A DNA stretch of 64,000 nucleotides from NCBI GenBank assembly GCA_030264375.1, contig JASCQW010000098.1, forward strand, positions 57,155,864 through 57,219,863, given 5' to 3'. Position 1 is the stretch's first letter. The number at the start of each line of letters is the position of its first letter. Of the stretch, positions 1-12,413 are shown one piece after another. Position numbers and translations under genes: made by a program. The notes beneath the pieces were generated by a model, which was given only the letters and a program-made list of their open reading frames with translations, was not told the DNA's origin and searched no databases. This stretch comes from Carcharhinus longimanus. Its lineage: Eukaryota.

Positions 1-290
1 GGGGACAACCACAGGGGATCCCTTCACTGACTGCTCTCTCCCCTCCCCTCTCCTGTCTGTCACCCAGCCCTTACTGTTAAAGGAGACAGCCACCGGGATA
101 CTCTCTGGTACATGACCCTTATCCTTCCTAATCGTGACCCACGTGGCTTCCTCCCGTGGCCCTGGTGTGACTACCTGCCTGTAACTTCTCTCTATTAATT
201 CCTCACTCTCCCTGACTAGACTAAGGTCATATAGCCGCAGCTCCAGTTCCCTAACGCAGTTCCTCAGGAGCTGCAGTTTGACGCATTAAC
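1..290 (-). mobile_element. CR1 LINE ORF1 fragment
   Basis: Minus strand reads LQLLRNCVRELELRLYDLSLVRESEELIERSYRQVVTPG, the coiled-coil segment typical of CR1 ORF1. Confidence 0.75.
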
Positions 291-454
291 GAGATGCGAT
301 TGAGGTTCACGTTGGCCTTTGGCAGGTTTTCTTTCTTTTCCTAGCTGGGCACCAGTGGAAGGTCCCGCTGTCAATTCAGGCTAGTGTGAAATCAATTTTG
401 CCTCCCAATCTTGCCATCAAACCCACCAGCAAAGTTTTGGGACAATTTGCTTAA

Positions 455-655
455 TTTATTCATAGGATGTGGGCACCACTGGTTAGGCAGCATTTGCTGC
501 GCATCCCTAGTTGCCCTTGAGAAGGTGGTGGTAAGCTACTTTGAATCACTGCAGTCTACATGATGTAGGTACACCCTACATCACATAGTGCTTTTAGGGA
601 GGAAATGCCAGGATTATAACCTCGCAACTGTGAGAGAACTGTACTATATTTCCGA
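455..655 (-). mobile_element. LINE 3' end fragment sharing its terminal ~60 bp with the SINE family at 1870/3060
   Basis: ggatgtgggcaccactggttaggcagcatttgctgcgcatccctagttgcccttga resembles the tail of the SINE copies, then diverges into different (LINE-like) sequence. Confidence 0.55.
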
Positions 656-1104
656 AAGCATAATTCCAGATCTCTTTGCCTCAGGCATGGAATGAAGTGA
701 TTGTTACTGTGACACTCGGATATCTCCTGCTGTATCAGCAGAATTCAGTCAGACAGCCAAACCAAGTTAAAGAACATCAGGGGGGTTTTCACTAAGGGAA
801 CAAAACTAACTGGTATTTTGTCATTTTGGATTTATTTTCTTCTTGCATTTAAATCACATCACTTCCTTCAAAATCAGCAGCAGGCTTTAACAAGTGGATA
901 CCAATAGCTTGAAGCCACAAGTCTCAGGGTGGTGTGGACCAAAGTGATCTATTAGCAGAACTTCCAATCTGATAACACAACATGCTTCCTTTCTCTGCTC
1001 TTCCTTTGCCTTCAATGAATGTAAGCTATTTCTTTCTCGCTGGATAAAATATCCAAAAAGTATTCAAACAACTGCTGAAATTTTGTAATTTTTGATAAAT
1101 ATAT

Positions 1105-1421
1105 TAGAATTATAGAATCCCTGCAGTGCAAAATGAGGCCATTCAGCCCATCAAGTCTGTACCAACCACAATCCTGCCCAGCCTCTATTCCTGTAACCCC
1201 ACATATTTACACCGCTCATCCCCCTGACCCTAGGGTCAATTTAGCATGGCCAATTAACATAACCTGCACATCTTTGGACTGCAGGAAGAAACCAGAGTAC
1301 CCAAAGGAAACTCATGCAGACACGGGGAAAATATGAAAACTCCACACAGACAGTGACCCAAGGTTGGAATTGAACCCAGGTTCCTGGCACTGTGAGGCAA
1401 CAGTGCCAACCACTGTGCCAC
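1105..1421 (-). mobile_element. HE1-type V-SINE (CR1-type tail)
   Basis: On minus strand: tRNA-like head gtggcacagtggttggcactg...gggttcaattcc, V-SINE core gggtttcctttgggtactctggtttcttc, tail ...cactgcagggattctataattcta. Homologous to 11 other copies in the window. Confidence 0.88.
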
Positions 1422-1869
1422 ATACACATCTATCATGTGCAAAACCCAATAGAAAACAGGAAGTAATCAGTTTAAAGACAGGATAGAATGCAAGATCCTT
1501 CCTTGGCTTGTCATGGCAGATTTTTAAAAAATGCTGCAATTTTGCACCCACATTCACCATGAATGCAAACAGCAACATGGACGCAAAGTATTGCAAGTCT
1601 TGGAAAACATGACAAAGATAGGGGTGTGAGCAGATTAGGCTGCACCTGAGGCCTCAACAATCTCACCAGAAGGGTAGCGGGTAATCCCCTCCAACATTCA
1701 ATCATCTTGGATTTACCTAAAGGAGTCTCGAGATTTCCAATTGGCAACCTCAGCAGCGAATACCTGTCCCATCAATTTTTGTGCACATGTAATTATCATG
1801 TGACCTTGCAGTGGAATATATCCTACATGATATATACAAATGCAATTTGTATTTAGTTGGTGAAATTCT

Positions 1870-2265
1870 TTTCCAGGATATGGGCATTGCAATATTTATT
1901 GCCCACGGCTAATTGCTCTTAAACTGAATGGCGTATCACGGCATTTCAGGGGATATTTTCAGAGTCAATCACATTACTGCAGATCTGGAGTCATGTGTAG
2001 GCCAGACCAGGTAATGATGGCAGATTTCCTTCCCTCAAAAATACTAGTGAACCAGATGGGTTTTTGCAGCTATTGACATTGGTTTCATTGTCATCATTAG
2101 CTTTTAATCCCAATTTTTTAAATTCAAATTCAAATTAGCTTTTAATCCCAAATTTTTTTTATTCAAATTCAAATTCCACCATCTGTCGTCTTTGAACTTG
2201 GGTCCCCAGAGTATTTTCCTGGGTCACTGGATTATCAGTCCAATACCAGTATGCCACCACATCCC
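1870..2265 (-). mobile_element. Second tRNA-derived SINE family, copy 1 (internal ~38 bp tandem duplication at ~2097-2175)
   Basis: Reverse complement of 3060-3430 (B-box ccaagttcaaa, ggaatttgaattt, aaggaaatctgcca..acctggtctggcct..atgactccaga). Confidence 0.75.
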
Positions 2266-3059
2266 CCTTGTCCAAGATGGGTCAAAATGGACATAGGTTG
2301 CCATTGCCATATGGACCTGCATAAGTAATGGACTCAACTCCAATTTTGGATCCATACCCTGGGTACCAACTGAGCAGCCAGATCCAACACGGAAAGCGGT
2401 GAATTCCCAGCACATGTGCATACTTCGCGTCACGTTGAACCCTCAGGCTCCAGTTTGCAACACAGTGCAATCAAATTTCAAGACTTCCAACTATTTGCTC
2501 TGTCAAGTGTGCAAGTACTAGCAGCAGCCAAACAAACCACAAGCAATCCATTTTTGATACTGTATACATTGTAATGTGACTCTCGTGTTGACACAGGGAC
2601 TGCATTGAACAAATTGCGAGTAATTTGAAACTATTGTCTAAGGGCAAAACAAGTGTGAATTTAATTTGCATAAAATAGAATGTTTCACCAACTGAACCAT
2701 TGTATTTGTATATGTTATCATGGCGGATACACTCTGCTGAAAGGTCAAGTTATAATTACATGTGCACATTGACTGACATATGCATGATGATATTTATTAT
2801 AAATCAGAACAGCTAACAGCTTAACAATATTGTATATTCCTCACTTTCCAAAAGATGTTTAATTTTTCTGTCAGTGTTCAGCAGATTTGAGAAAATTAGA
2901 TAATATCCCATAATTAAGCGGCCAATCACAATTAAATTTTGTATCAAGTCCAAGAAACAAGATTGTCAGAGAGAATAAACATTACTTACAGCAATTAATA
3001 TTCATATACTTCTCAATTGTTCATTAAACATAGTGGCTGCAATATTGATGCTAGGAATT

Positions 3060-3430
3060 GGTGCTTGGCATTATTGCAAAACTATTAATCCAGAAACTCA
3101 ACTAATGTTCTGTGGACCCAGGTTCAAATCCTGCCATGGTAAATGATGGAATTTGAATTCAATAAAAAAAATCTGGAATTAAAAACCTATTGACAATCAT
3201 GAAACCATTGTTAGTTGTCGGAAAAACCCCTCTTGTTCATTAAACAATGTCTTATACGAAAGGAAATCTGCCACCCTGACCTGGTCTGACCTATGTGTGA
3301 CTCCAGAGCCACAGCAATGAGTTGACTCTGAGCTGGCCCAGCAAGCCACTCAGTTCAAAGGTAACTAGGGATGGGCAATATGGGCTTGGCTGGCTGGCCA
3401 GCACTTGTCACAAGAATGAATAAAAAAAAT
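3060..3430 (+). mobile_element. Second tRNA-derived SINE family, copy 2
   Basis: B-box ccaggttcaaatcctgcc, body homologous to 1870-2265, A-rich end gaatgaataaaaaaaa. Confidence 0.75.
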
Positions 3431-3964
3431 TTTACATCCCCGTTTTTACTGCTTTTCCTTTGGGAAGTGAGGCCCAAGAGTTAATATAGCTGAGCCTCCT
3501 GTCAGAAGCAGGAAGTGAGTTTCCTTCTTGTCTTGTTATCCATCTTCCCAAAATCTGCCTGGAGTTCAAATCAGATTGCCTCGAGGAAAATCAATTCCAC
3601 TTGATTTGAAAAATACAGCAAGAGGAAAAGTTGCTATGATTGTGTATAATATCTTTATAATAAGCATTACATATTTGCTGTATTTTAAAATCTGCAAAAG
3701 TCATTCAATATTTAAATGTTGGAGGACTTTGAAAACCGTATGTTGTGAAGTTGAATAGATGTCGTTGTTGTGGGTTTATTTCAGATAGTTAATGTTCTGG
3801 CATTGAGCAACAATTTTGATAATTCTAATCTATGCTAATCAAAAGATACACATTTCCTCCCTCAGCATTCACAATAAAAAAGACTGTACAAGTTGTCAGC
3901 AAGTACCGGATCATTATTTCAGTATGGATGTCTTTAATCATATGTCCAATTTTGTGTCTTTCAG

Positions 3965-4220
3965 ATCACTTGGCCAATCCTCCACAGAATCATTCAATGC
4001 TCAGAACACCTCCACCTGCAATGACGCACACCCACACTCTAAACCACCCTCACGCCTCCTCAGTTAACTCATTGAACAGGGGGAACTTTACGACGCGTAG
4101 TAACCCCAGTCCCAGTCCAGCCGATCTCCCACCCCCTCCAGAACCACCTCCCAGCATACAGGAGCCTGCCCACATGCAGGACAACTGGCTGCTCAACAGT
4201 AACATCCCCCTGGAGACCAG
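3965..4220 (+). CDS. TENM4: Teneurin-4 coding exon (intracellular domain; phase 1 to 2)
   Basis: tttcag|ATCAC acceptor, ACCAG|gtagg donor. Translates (D)[17 protein letters not shown]...[18 protein letters not shown]...[21 protein letters not shown], matching the TENM4 intracellular domain as I recall it (human ...[18 protein letters not shown]...[21 protein letters not shown]). Confidence 0.96.
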
Positions 4221-5337
4221 GTAGGCTAACATACTGTGACCTAAACTGCTGTTTACTGCCAACATTCTTAAAAAATAATCAGACAGTGAACGTTTGTAAA
4301 TATAACATTGTAGAACATTTTCTACACCATATTGTTGAAATTGTTAACAAAAAAAAACAGAATTTGAATGTTTTCTGAGTAATACTTGATAATATAATGG
4401 CCTGGAGTTTTTAAGTAGGGGTGTAGCTGTAATCATGCACAAGGAACACGCTGAACATTGTACCCATTTTGTGAAGATGAGGTTATACCAAGCATAAAGT
4501 CTCCCCATGAATCAGCGCAAACGAACTACATTATCAGTAATAGTCGATTATTAACCAATTAAATTGAAAAGGTGTTCAAGTGATTGATGAAACTGAAGCA
4601 ACAGGTCATCCAGTGTTATCCGTTGAGTGCTGGTCACAGGTCTTGCATAGCAAGAGCAAATCAGTTGATGGAATTTGAACACGTTTGAGTTGAACTTAAA
4701 TATTTTATCTGTATGCAAAATAAACCTTGTGAGAGTGTAGTTGACTGCAGACCACTGACAATTGATTACTGTGACTCCAAGTACCTTTGCACTCAAAATT
4801 CTAGTCAAGTATTGTAAATACCACTGAGTGGATGCAATTGGAAATTTCATGTCCTGCTGACCTGGGGACCTGAACAGTTTGGAAGATGGGGATTGCTCTG
4901 GGTGAATTGACCTGTGAACCAACATAAAAGCCACAAGCATAAGTGGGGGTTGGGGTTAACACTCTTATTTTAGAAGTTCATCAATTTTTTGCACTAATCC
5001 AATAAATTCCACCCAGATTTTGTTGATATCTGAGTGGAGAATTTGCAGAGACTCCAGGCCAGTGGTGATGGGTTTTAGGGTTTAGGGTTCATTCATTTGA
5101 AGTAATTTTATCTTAGCCATTTTACATTATGCCTTAAACCTGTTAAACTGCTGATCTGAATAGCATGATTTAAAAAGGACATCAGCAGTTTCTCTGCCAC
5201 TTCTATTCCCACCATTACACTGATGTCTGATTTATAATTTGTTGGCCATTTTGCTGGTTTTGATTTTTGCTGTCTCCATTCACTATTTTATACACATGCA
5301 GCTCATTGGCTTCATTCATATTTCCATCTGAATGTAG

Positions 5338-5436
5338 AAATATAGCAAAGCAGACATTCCTAGAGACTTTGCAGGACAACCTAATTGAGATGGACGTTTT
5401 TTCCTCTGCTCGACATGAAGGTGGTTACAGTGATGG
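5338..5436 (+). CDS. TENM4: Teneurin-4 99-nt frame-preserving exon (phase 2 to 2)
   Basis: tgtag|AAAT acceptor, GATGG|gtatgt donor. Translates (R)[32 protein letters not shown](G), matching the TENM4 segment [34 protein letters not shown]. Confidence 0.93.
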
Positions 5437-6941
5437 GTATGTGATGCTTCTTGCTGGGAATAATGACTTCTTTGCTACGTTCTTCCTAGTTGAAAACTCA
5501 ATTTATGATGTTCCCTACAAATGTTTACACGCTATCAATGTTTATCAGACAATGATAAACTGCTATTATCTAAAGACTTATTTGTTGAATTTAATAGCTT
5601 TTGTTCTAATAGTGTTCTATCATTTGTCTGATTCCAACCAAAATCTGTCTTTACTTTAAGTGCTAAACAATGGGTTCAGAAATTTGTATATTTTACTGAT
5701 TAAGACAGACTTATCTATAATNNNNNNNNNNNNNNNNNNNNNNNNNGTTAGCTATAACTGTGGACCTGGCAAGAAACGATAATGACAGTGCAAATGTGTC
5801 TAATTACACATTTGAGCTTGTGAGTAGAAAGGTCTTAGTCAATTTGGCCTAATTGTAATATACTTTCTGCTGACTTCCTGTTCTAGTTTCTTTCACAACC
5901 CAATTTTGCTGACATCTATTTTGCCTGAACATATTTTAAAAATTCAAATTGTAACCCAGCTTACCTCTGATGTAGGAAAAAAGTAATCTAATTCCCAGTG
6001 AAATTTGGCTTAGCATGTTTTGCTGACATCAAAAACAGCTACAACCATCTTTGGAAAACACCATCACAATTCAAGCACACTGAATACCAATTGCCACATT
6101 TGCACCAAATATCTAAAAAGGCTTTATATAATGCTACAAAAACTACATTTCAGATGGCAGTTGTAAAGCACACAGGCCTCACCCCTGTGGTTTTATGACA
6201 TTTCCCGAGCCCTTAGGCTAAGTTACCTCTTTCCTAAGTATCCCATTAATCTCTATTTTCTCACCAGTATATTGAAGCCTGTGGGTTTTTTGCCACTTCC
6301 AGCTGGTCATGACTTATTCTGAATTTTTGATTCTTTTCAATTTATTTTTTAAAAACTGATATTTATTCTGCTGTCCTGTTTTTAATGCGCTATTGCACTA
6401 TGCTTCCATTTTCCTGTCACTTTAGTTTCTTTTCATCTTGACGTGCATTGGAGAATGTATACACCTCAATTGTACTGCTTATTCTCAAACATGTCACTAC
6501 TTATGATTTTGAGATCTGAAAGCTTCTGATTTGCATTTAGCCGTATTATTCACACAGAGCTGAGCTCACCATCAAGGTGATTTATTCTTGACTTAAAGTG
6601 TTTGCACTTCTATTCTGTCCTGATATAATCAAATATATATTCTAAATGTTTTTTCTATGAGTGCTTGAATGTGTAGAAATCCCTGCATTTTCTTGTTTTC
6701 ATATGTGTAGAAATGTCCGTCTGCTGAATCGTGTGCCTAATGTCAATTTCATTTTAAATATTATCTGGTCTAAAAAGAATGCAAGGGAAGAAAGAAAGAT
6801 CAAGTGCGTTTTCCTGCCTGTTAAAGAGATAAGAAATAAGAGCAGGGGACTGAACAACCTGCAAAGCTGTTTTGGGCTTCCATTAAATCAGGGCTGATCT
6901 CCTGCCTCAACTCCACTTGCTTCAAACTCTTTCGGATTTTC

Positions 6942-7990
6942 GCTGCCAGGAAGACACTACATTTCAGGGAGAGAGCCCTCACCGAATTTCTGCATGGTGA
7001 CGAAGAGAGGCGTGACAAGCTGTCCCCACGATTGGGCAAACATCCAGCGAGCGGAGCCACCAACCCCACTTGGGAGGCTGTGGCGGTGATTGTGAATGCC
7101 AGCTCACCCCGTAAGAGGACAGGGTTGCAATGCCCGAGAAGATGAATGACTTTCTTTGTGCAGCTAGGGCAAATCTGCCTCCTCACATCTCCCATTGCAG
7201 CCCTTAACACATCATCATACCTCCACAGTGTTCTCTCTCACAGCCATCTTATGGGGTCTCAACACTTATCATGCCACTCTCTCCCCCCAACCCCCGCACC
7301 ACTCCTGTGGTTCCGCCCCCAGTAGATAATCTGCTCCTTGCATCCTCACTCCCACTCAGCCACACGTGCATTACCAGACTTCACCACCATCTGACTGGGC
7401 AGGACTCCCGCCTACACTCCCCCTGTCTGTCTCATTGCGGGACAAACTCAAGCATGACTGGCAGGAGTGGGCAGAGCCTGCCAAAGTCTCGCTCAAGCTG
7501 AGAAGCCCGACACCTTATGACGACAGAACCCTTGAACTGGCAGACCAGGAGCAGGACCCCATCTGTGCAGAGAGTGGGATGGGGACAAGAGACAAAAGTG
7601 AGAACCTTCGACACATGCAGCCATGGTGCAAGCCTCATCTGAATTACTTTTCTCCCATCAGTCTGCCCCTGTGATGCACTAATATCATCTTGCTTCCCTT
7701 GCAGTCAGTCAGTCAATGAGCCTGGAACACCCTCACATCCTCTGGAGACCACAGACCTTGAGCATCTCTATGGAAGACATCTCAGAGACCACATTGAGAA
7801 GACATCACAGCTGTCACCCCCACCCTCCACCAGCACAGATAGGCACACCTCAGTGTGAATAACTAGTAGGCAGGTTGCTACATCATTCACTGGTTAGCAC
7901 CTCTCAAGCTGATGGGCCACAGCAGGAAAGAAGGAACATCCCAGAGATCCGGCACTTGAAGGGATGATGAATCCCAGGATTCCACTCAGT
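6942..7990 (+). pseudogene. Decayed intron-containing Myb/SANT-like (PIF/Harbinger accessory, NAIF1/MSANTD-like) gene
   Basis: 6942-7168 reads AARKTLHFRERALTEFLHGDEERRDKLSPRLGKHPASGATNPTWEAVAVIVNASSPRKRTGLQC/(frameshift)EKMNDFLCAAR, followed by a mutated donor (gcaa). A second exon from ~7441 reads DKLKHDWQEWAE...YDDRTLELADQEQDPICAESGMG. Confidence 0.75.
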
Positions 7991-9196
7991 CCCTGGCCGA
8001 TGAGGTGTCCCTGGGCCCAACCGTCCCACCCTGGATCAAGGTTGTAGTTTAAATGTAAAGGCCACCTTGCCAATCAGTCAATAAAATTAAATTTCTGGTC
8101 AGTTAATGGTTAATTAATTTAAATTGACTTCTTGATTATCGGCTAGCGTACTTACGACTCATGCTCAAGTCAACCGAAATAATGCAGTGGGCAGAATGAT
8201 GCTAGGATACATTCAGAGCAGACAAAGGTAATGATGGACAGAGTGTTTGAAGGTGAGGTTGTTCCTGAAGCCCGGGTATGACTCTGCACGGCCCTGGTGT
8301 CCGGGGGAGCTGCCACAATATTTCTGTCCTCAGCCACATATTCCTATAATGTACCTTGATCTAAGGAGTTCAGNNNNNNNNNNNNNNNNNNNNNNNNNNN
8401 NNNATATCCTCGATTGCAATTCTCCTCCTATTTGCTATACCGCATTATGCAAGGCACTGCAGATGACAAGAATCGAGGACTTGTTCTGTGGTACATGTGG
8501 TAAACTCTGCCAGACTGGTCAAGGCATCTAAACCACATTTTGAGCAATGCAATGATCTGTGCTATGATTGTCCTTGCTGAGCAGTGAGCAGCGATGTTGT
8601 ACTGCTCCTCCACATGGCTCTGGGAATGACTGGTCTCATGAGCCATGTTCTGAGAGCGTAGCCCTTGCCACCCAGGATCCAGCCCTGAATTTTGACAGAG
8701 GTCTCAAATACCTCTGGGGCTTCTTGAAGCTCAATATGTCATGAGAACTCCCTGGAAAATGAGCACACTCCTGGATGATTCTTCCTGTTGGTCACAGGTA
8801 ACTTCAACATTAAAGATAATTTACGAATGCAGCTGACAATCCCCAGGGAGTTTTCATGGCCATGTGCAGTCAGTTATACCCTGTACCTGTGGGAACCATG
8901 TGATGGCCCTGAAGCCATCTACTCTAGTGACTGGCAATCAGCATTTGTTTAAGAATCTGATGAATGCATTGGCCCATCTGAGCAGGGCATTGGTCATCAG
9001 CTATATCACCCATATAATGCAGCATGGTGCTTATCTTTGTGCCCTAAAATGAACATCTGAGATAGATATCTGGAGGTGGAATATAAACAGTATGGCATAG
9101 GAACAGGCCCTTTGGTCCACGATGTTGTGCCAAGCATGATGCCAAATTAAACAACTCCCTTCTCTGCCTTTGGTCCATATCCCTCTATTCCTGCAT

Positions 9197-10033
9197 ACTA
9201 CAACATAGGTAGAAAGAGGGATGAGGTCCTGCAAAGTGAATCTAGGGAATTAGGAAAGAGGCTGATAAGCAGGACCCCAAGGGTAGCAGTGCCGTGTGCT
9301 AGTGAGGCAAAGGATAGTAAGAGAGGACAGATGAATGTTTGGCTGAGGAGCTGGTGCAGGGGATAGCATTTCAGCTTCTTGGATCTTTGGGACCTCTTCC
9401 GGGGCACCAGAACAGTGGGACAGGCTGGAGGGGAACCAAGATCCTTGCAGGGAAGTTCATTAGTGCTATTCGGGACGCTTTAAACGAGAATGCCAGGGGG
9501 CTGGGAACCAGAGCAGCAGGTCAGCAAGTGGAGGGATTGAAGGGAAGGAAGATGTTAGGACCAGTAAGTCTGAAAGGAAGGACAGGCAGAAACCGGTTAA
9601 TGAAGAAAAGGGGATTTGTGGGCTGAAGTGTGTTTATTTCAATGCAAGGAGTATTGTGGGCAAGGCAGATGATCTTAGAACCTGGGATCAGTACATGATG
9701 ATGTTGTGGCCATGACAGAAACTTGGTTGAGAGAGGGATATTCCAGGGTTTCAATGTTTTAGACATGATAGAGAGGGAAGTAGAAGAGGGGGAGGAGTTG
9801 CGGTACTGATCAGGAAGAATGCCACACCTGCACTCAGAGTGAACATACTGGAGGGCTCATCCACTGAGGTAATATGGGTAGAGCTCAAAAATAAGGGTGC
9901 AGTCGCTCTGATGGGATTATACTATAGGCCTCCCAACAGCCTTTGGGACATTGAGGAACAAATATGTAGGCAAATTATGGAAAAGTGCAACAACAACAAG
10001 CTTATCATAATGGATGACTTTAACTTCCCCAGG
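9197..10033 (+). mobile_element. CR1 LINE internal fragment: ORF1 C-terminus plus ORF2 APE endonuclease N-terminus (degenerate)
   Basis: Reads LKCVYFNARSIVGKADDLRTWIST, EVIWVELKNKGAVALMGLYYRPPNS and DFNFP motifs, with stops and frameshifts. Preceded by an inverted CR1 3'UTR piece (~9090-9196). Confidence 0.88.
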
Positions 10034-10289
10034 TAGCTAGTGCAGATGTCGACAGGTCAATGTTGTTCAGCAATGAAGACAGCCCGGATTGGATTCCTTC
10101 TGACTTCCCATTCCCTTGTCACATGCCGAATGATGGCATGTCACCATTGCTTTTTTTATCAAATACCTTAACTTTGTGCCCTCTGATTCTCAATCCTCCC
10201 ATCAATGGGATTTTGAATGGCCCGATCAAACCCCCTCTATTTCATTTGAAAAAATGATATTTTGCTGCTTGTACTGCTTATGTACGAAC

Positions 10290-11146
10290 CTACTTTAGAT
10301 CTCGGTGCTGCCCCGCCCAACAAGTTCCCAACCCCGCACCATTCCTGGATCAGGNNNNNNNNNNNNNNNNNNNNNNNNNNNNNNNNNNNNNNNNNNNNNN
10401 NNNNNNNNNNNNNNNNNNNNNNNNNNNNNNNNNNNNNNNNNNNNNNNNNNNNNNNNNNNNNNNNNNNNNNNNNNNCCCATTCCCAGCCCACCCCAATTGC
10501 TGCCTCCATTCAGCCCAAACCAACACCAATGCAGAGTGGCAGTGGGTCCCTCCCCCACTCCCACTGATTGCCCGTAGGCTGCACTCACAATAGGCCCCAT
10601 CCCCTTGGCATTGCCTGGTGGGTGGTGTGAAGGTGCCCCTGGGCATGGGCACATTGCCCCTTGGTCAGTGCCAGGGGCACAGGCAGGCATTGCCAGGGTG
10701 CCAATACCCAGGGGGCATCAATCCACCCTTCCCCCCCCCGCCCCGGGTCACGCGACCCTCCGGGCAGAGGGGTGGGGGGGATGCCTAATTGCCTCCCACC
10801 TTCATTCCGGTGGGGCCTCCTGCTCGTTCCCCAAATGTGCGAAGCTATTCTAAACCCCACCGGAATGAAGTACTCTGGTGGGGTGGGAGATGCTATCGGA
10901 CCCAGCAACCATGCCAGGCCCAATAATCACATGCAAACTATATTTAAACTACATTTAAAAAAATTCAAATGACTTGCCTCCCTTCCCGCCAGTTTCCAGC
11001 GCGGTCTCAACTGCGACTGTTCCCTGGGTCTAGGAGACGGGCATGCATTCCTGGTGCATGCGCAAATCCTGCGAAATGGCCAACACGCGATTCTCCCAAC
11101 CGGATCCACCAGAAAATTTGTGGGTCGCAATGGGAGAATTGGGCCC
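10290..11146. mobile_element. GC-rich non-autonomous DNA transposon (Harbinger-like MITE), contains an assembly gap
   Basis: Ends ...tgggagaattgggccc. Internal C-rich segment tgcagagtggcagtggg...ccccttggca is homologous to 43230-43905, 51467-52470 and 57601-57978. Confidence 0.6.
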
Positions 11147-11149
11147 TAT

Positions 11150-11268
11150 GTTTCTATGACCATCAATCTGAAGTGCTTTTGCTCCCCAGGTGCTGGAGAC
11201 CTGCTCAGTATTTCCAACATTTCTGTTTTTATTTCAGATTTTTAGCATTCACGGTATTTTGCTTTTGA
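11150..11268 (+). mobile_element. Penelope-like element terminal fragment (family c)
   Basis: gacctgctcagtatttccaacatttctgtttttatttcagattt..gcattcacggtattttgctttt is homologous to 55866-55965 and 58785-58875. Confidence 0.6.
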
Positions 11269-11278
11269 ACCAGCATTA

Positions 11279-11598
11279 GGGGTGGCACAGTTGCACAGTG
11301 GTTAGCACTGCTGCCTCTCACTGCCAGGAACCCAGGTTCAATTCTAGCCTCGGGTCACTGTCTGTATGGAGTTCACAGATTTCCCTGTATCTGTGGGTGT
11401 TTCGTCCGTGTGCTCCGGTTTCCTCCCACAGTCCAAAATGTACGGGTTAGGTTGATTGGCCATGCTAAATTGACCCTAGTGGTAGGGGTATTAGCAGGGT
11501 AAATGTAAAGAGTTATGGGAATAGGGCCTGGGTGGGATTGTGGCCACTACAGACACGATAGGCCAAATGGCCTCCTCCTGTACTGTAGAGATTCTATG
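11279..11598 (+). mobile_element. HE1-type V-SINE, full length (CR1-type tail)
   Basis: A-box cacagtggttagc, B-box ggttcaattct, core gtgctccggtttcctcccacagtccaaa, tail ggccaaatggcctcctcctgtactgtagagattctatg. Confidence 0.9.
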
Positions 11599-12413
11599 GT
11601 TCATCAGAAATGCAAGTTTTGTAAGTGGCCTGGAAGATTAAAATTCTCTTCTGCCCCCATTCCATTTTTTCTAATGTGTAATCTTGTAGCTGAACTGTCA
11701 TAATTGTCAGCATGATCTTATATTATTTACAAATTTGTTTGCTCTTGTAACTATACCTCTATGAGTCTACCTCAACATAAATTGCAGAGCATTTGTTCAC
11801 AAGACTGAACTAATTGCCTCATTAAATATTGTTTGGGCTATGTTTTTATATTTTTAGATTTTAGCTTTAACTTTATGTCAGTTATTGGAATAAACTATTT
11901 ATGCTATCAGTAATGAAAGGCCCCAGATTTAACATTCTTGACAAAAGAATCCAGAGAATGGATGGAGAATTTATTTTAGGCAGTGAGTTGTTCAGATCTG
12001 AAATGCCTAAAAAGGTAGTGGGAGAAGTAAATGCAATAATAACTTCCAAAAAACGAATTGAAAAATATGTAGAACAATAAAGAGAAGCCACTGGAGTGGG
12101 ACTAATTGAATAACTCTTTCAAGGGACTTGCACAGATACAGTGGGCCACATGGATTGCATGCTGTATATTATTTTCTTATTCCACTCTTGCATTGCACCA
12201 GATGCACCTCATGCACTGCAGCCTTGGGAGAGCAAGTTCACTGCACTGCTCTTTTGCAGTCACTTTTCCGATTCACCACTTCCTATAAAACAGCTGCACG
12301 GTTTAGACTCTCTGCTCTATGGATGCATATATTATGCCACTGCGTAATATCATCACACACTATTGGGACACATAATCGTCACCACACCTCAGAAGTCCTG
12401 TCAATGAAACTGT

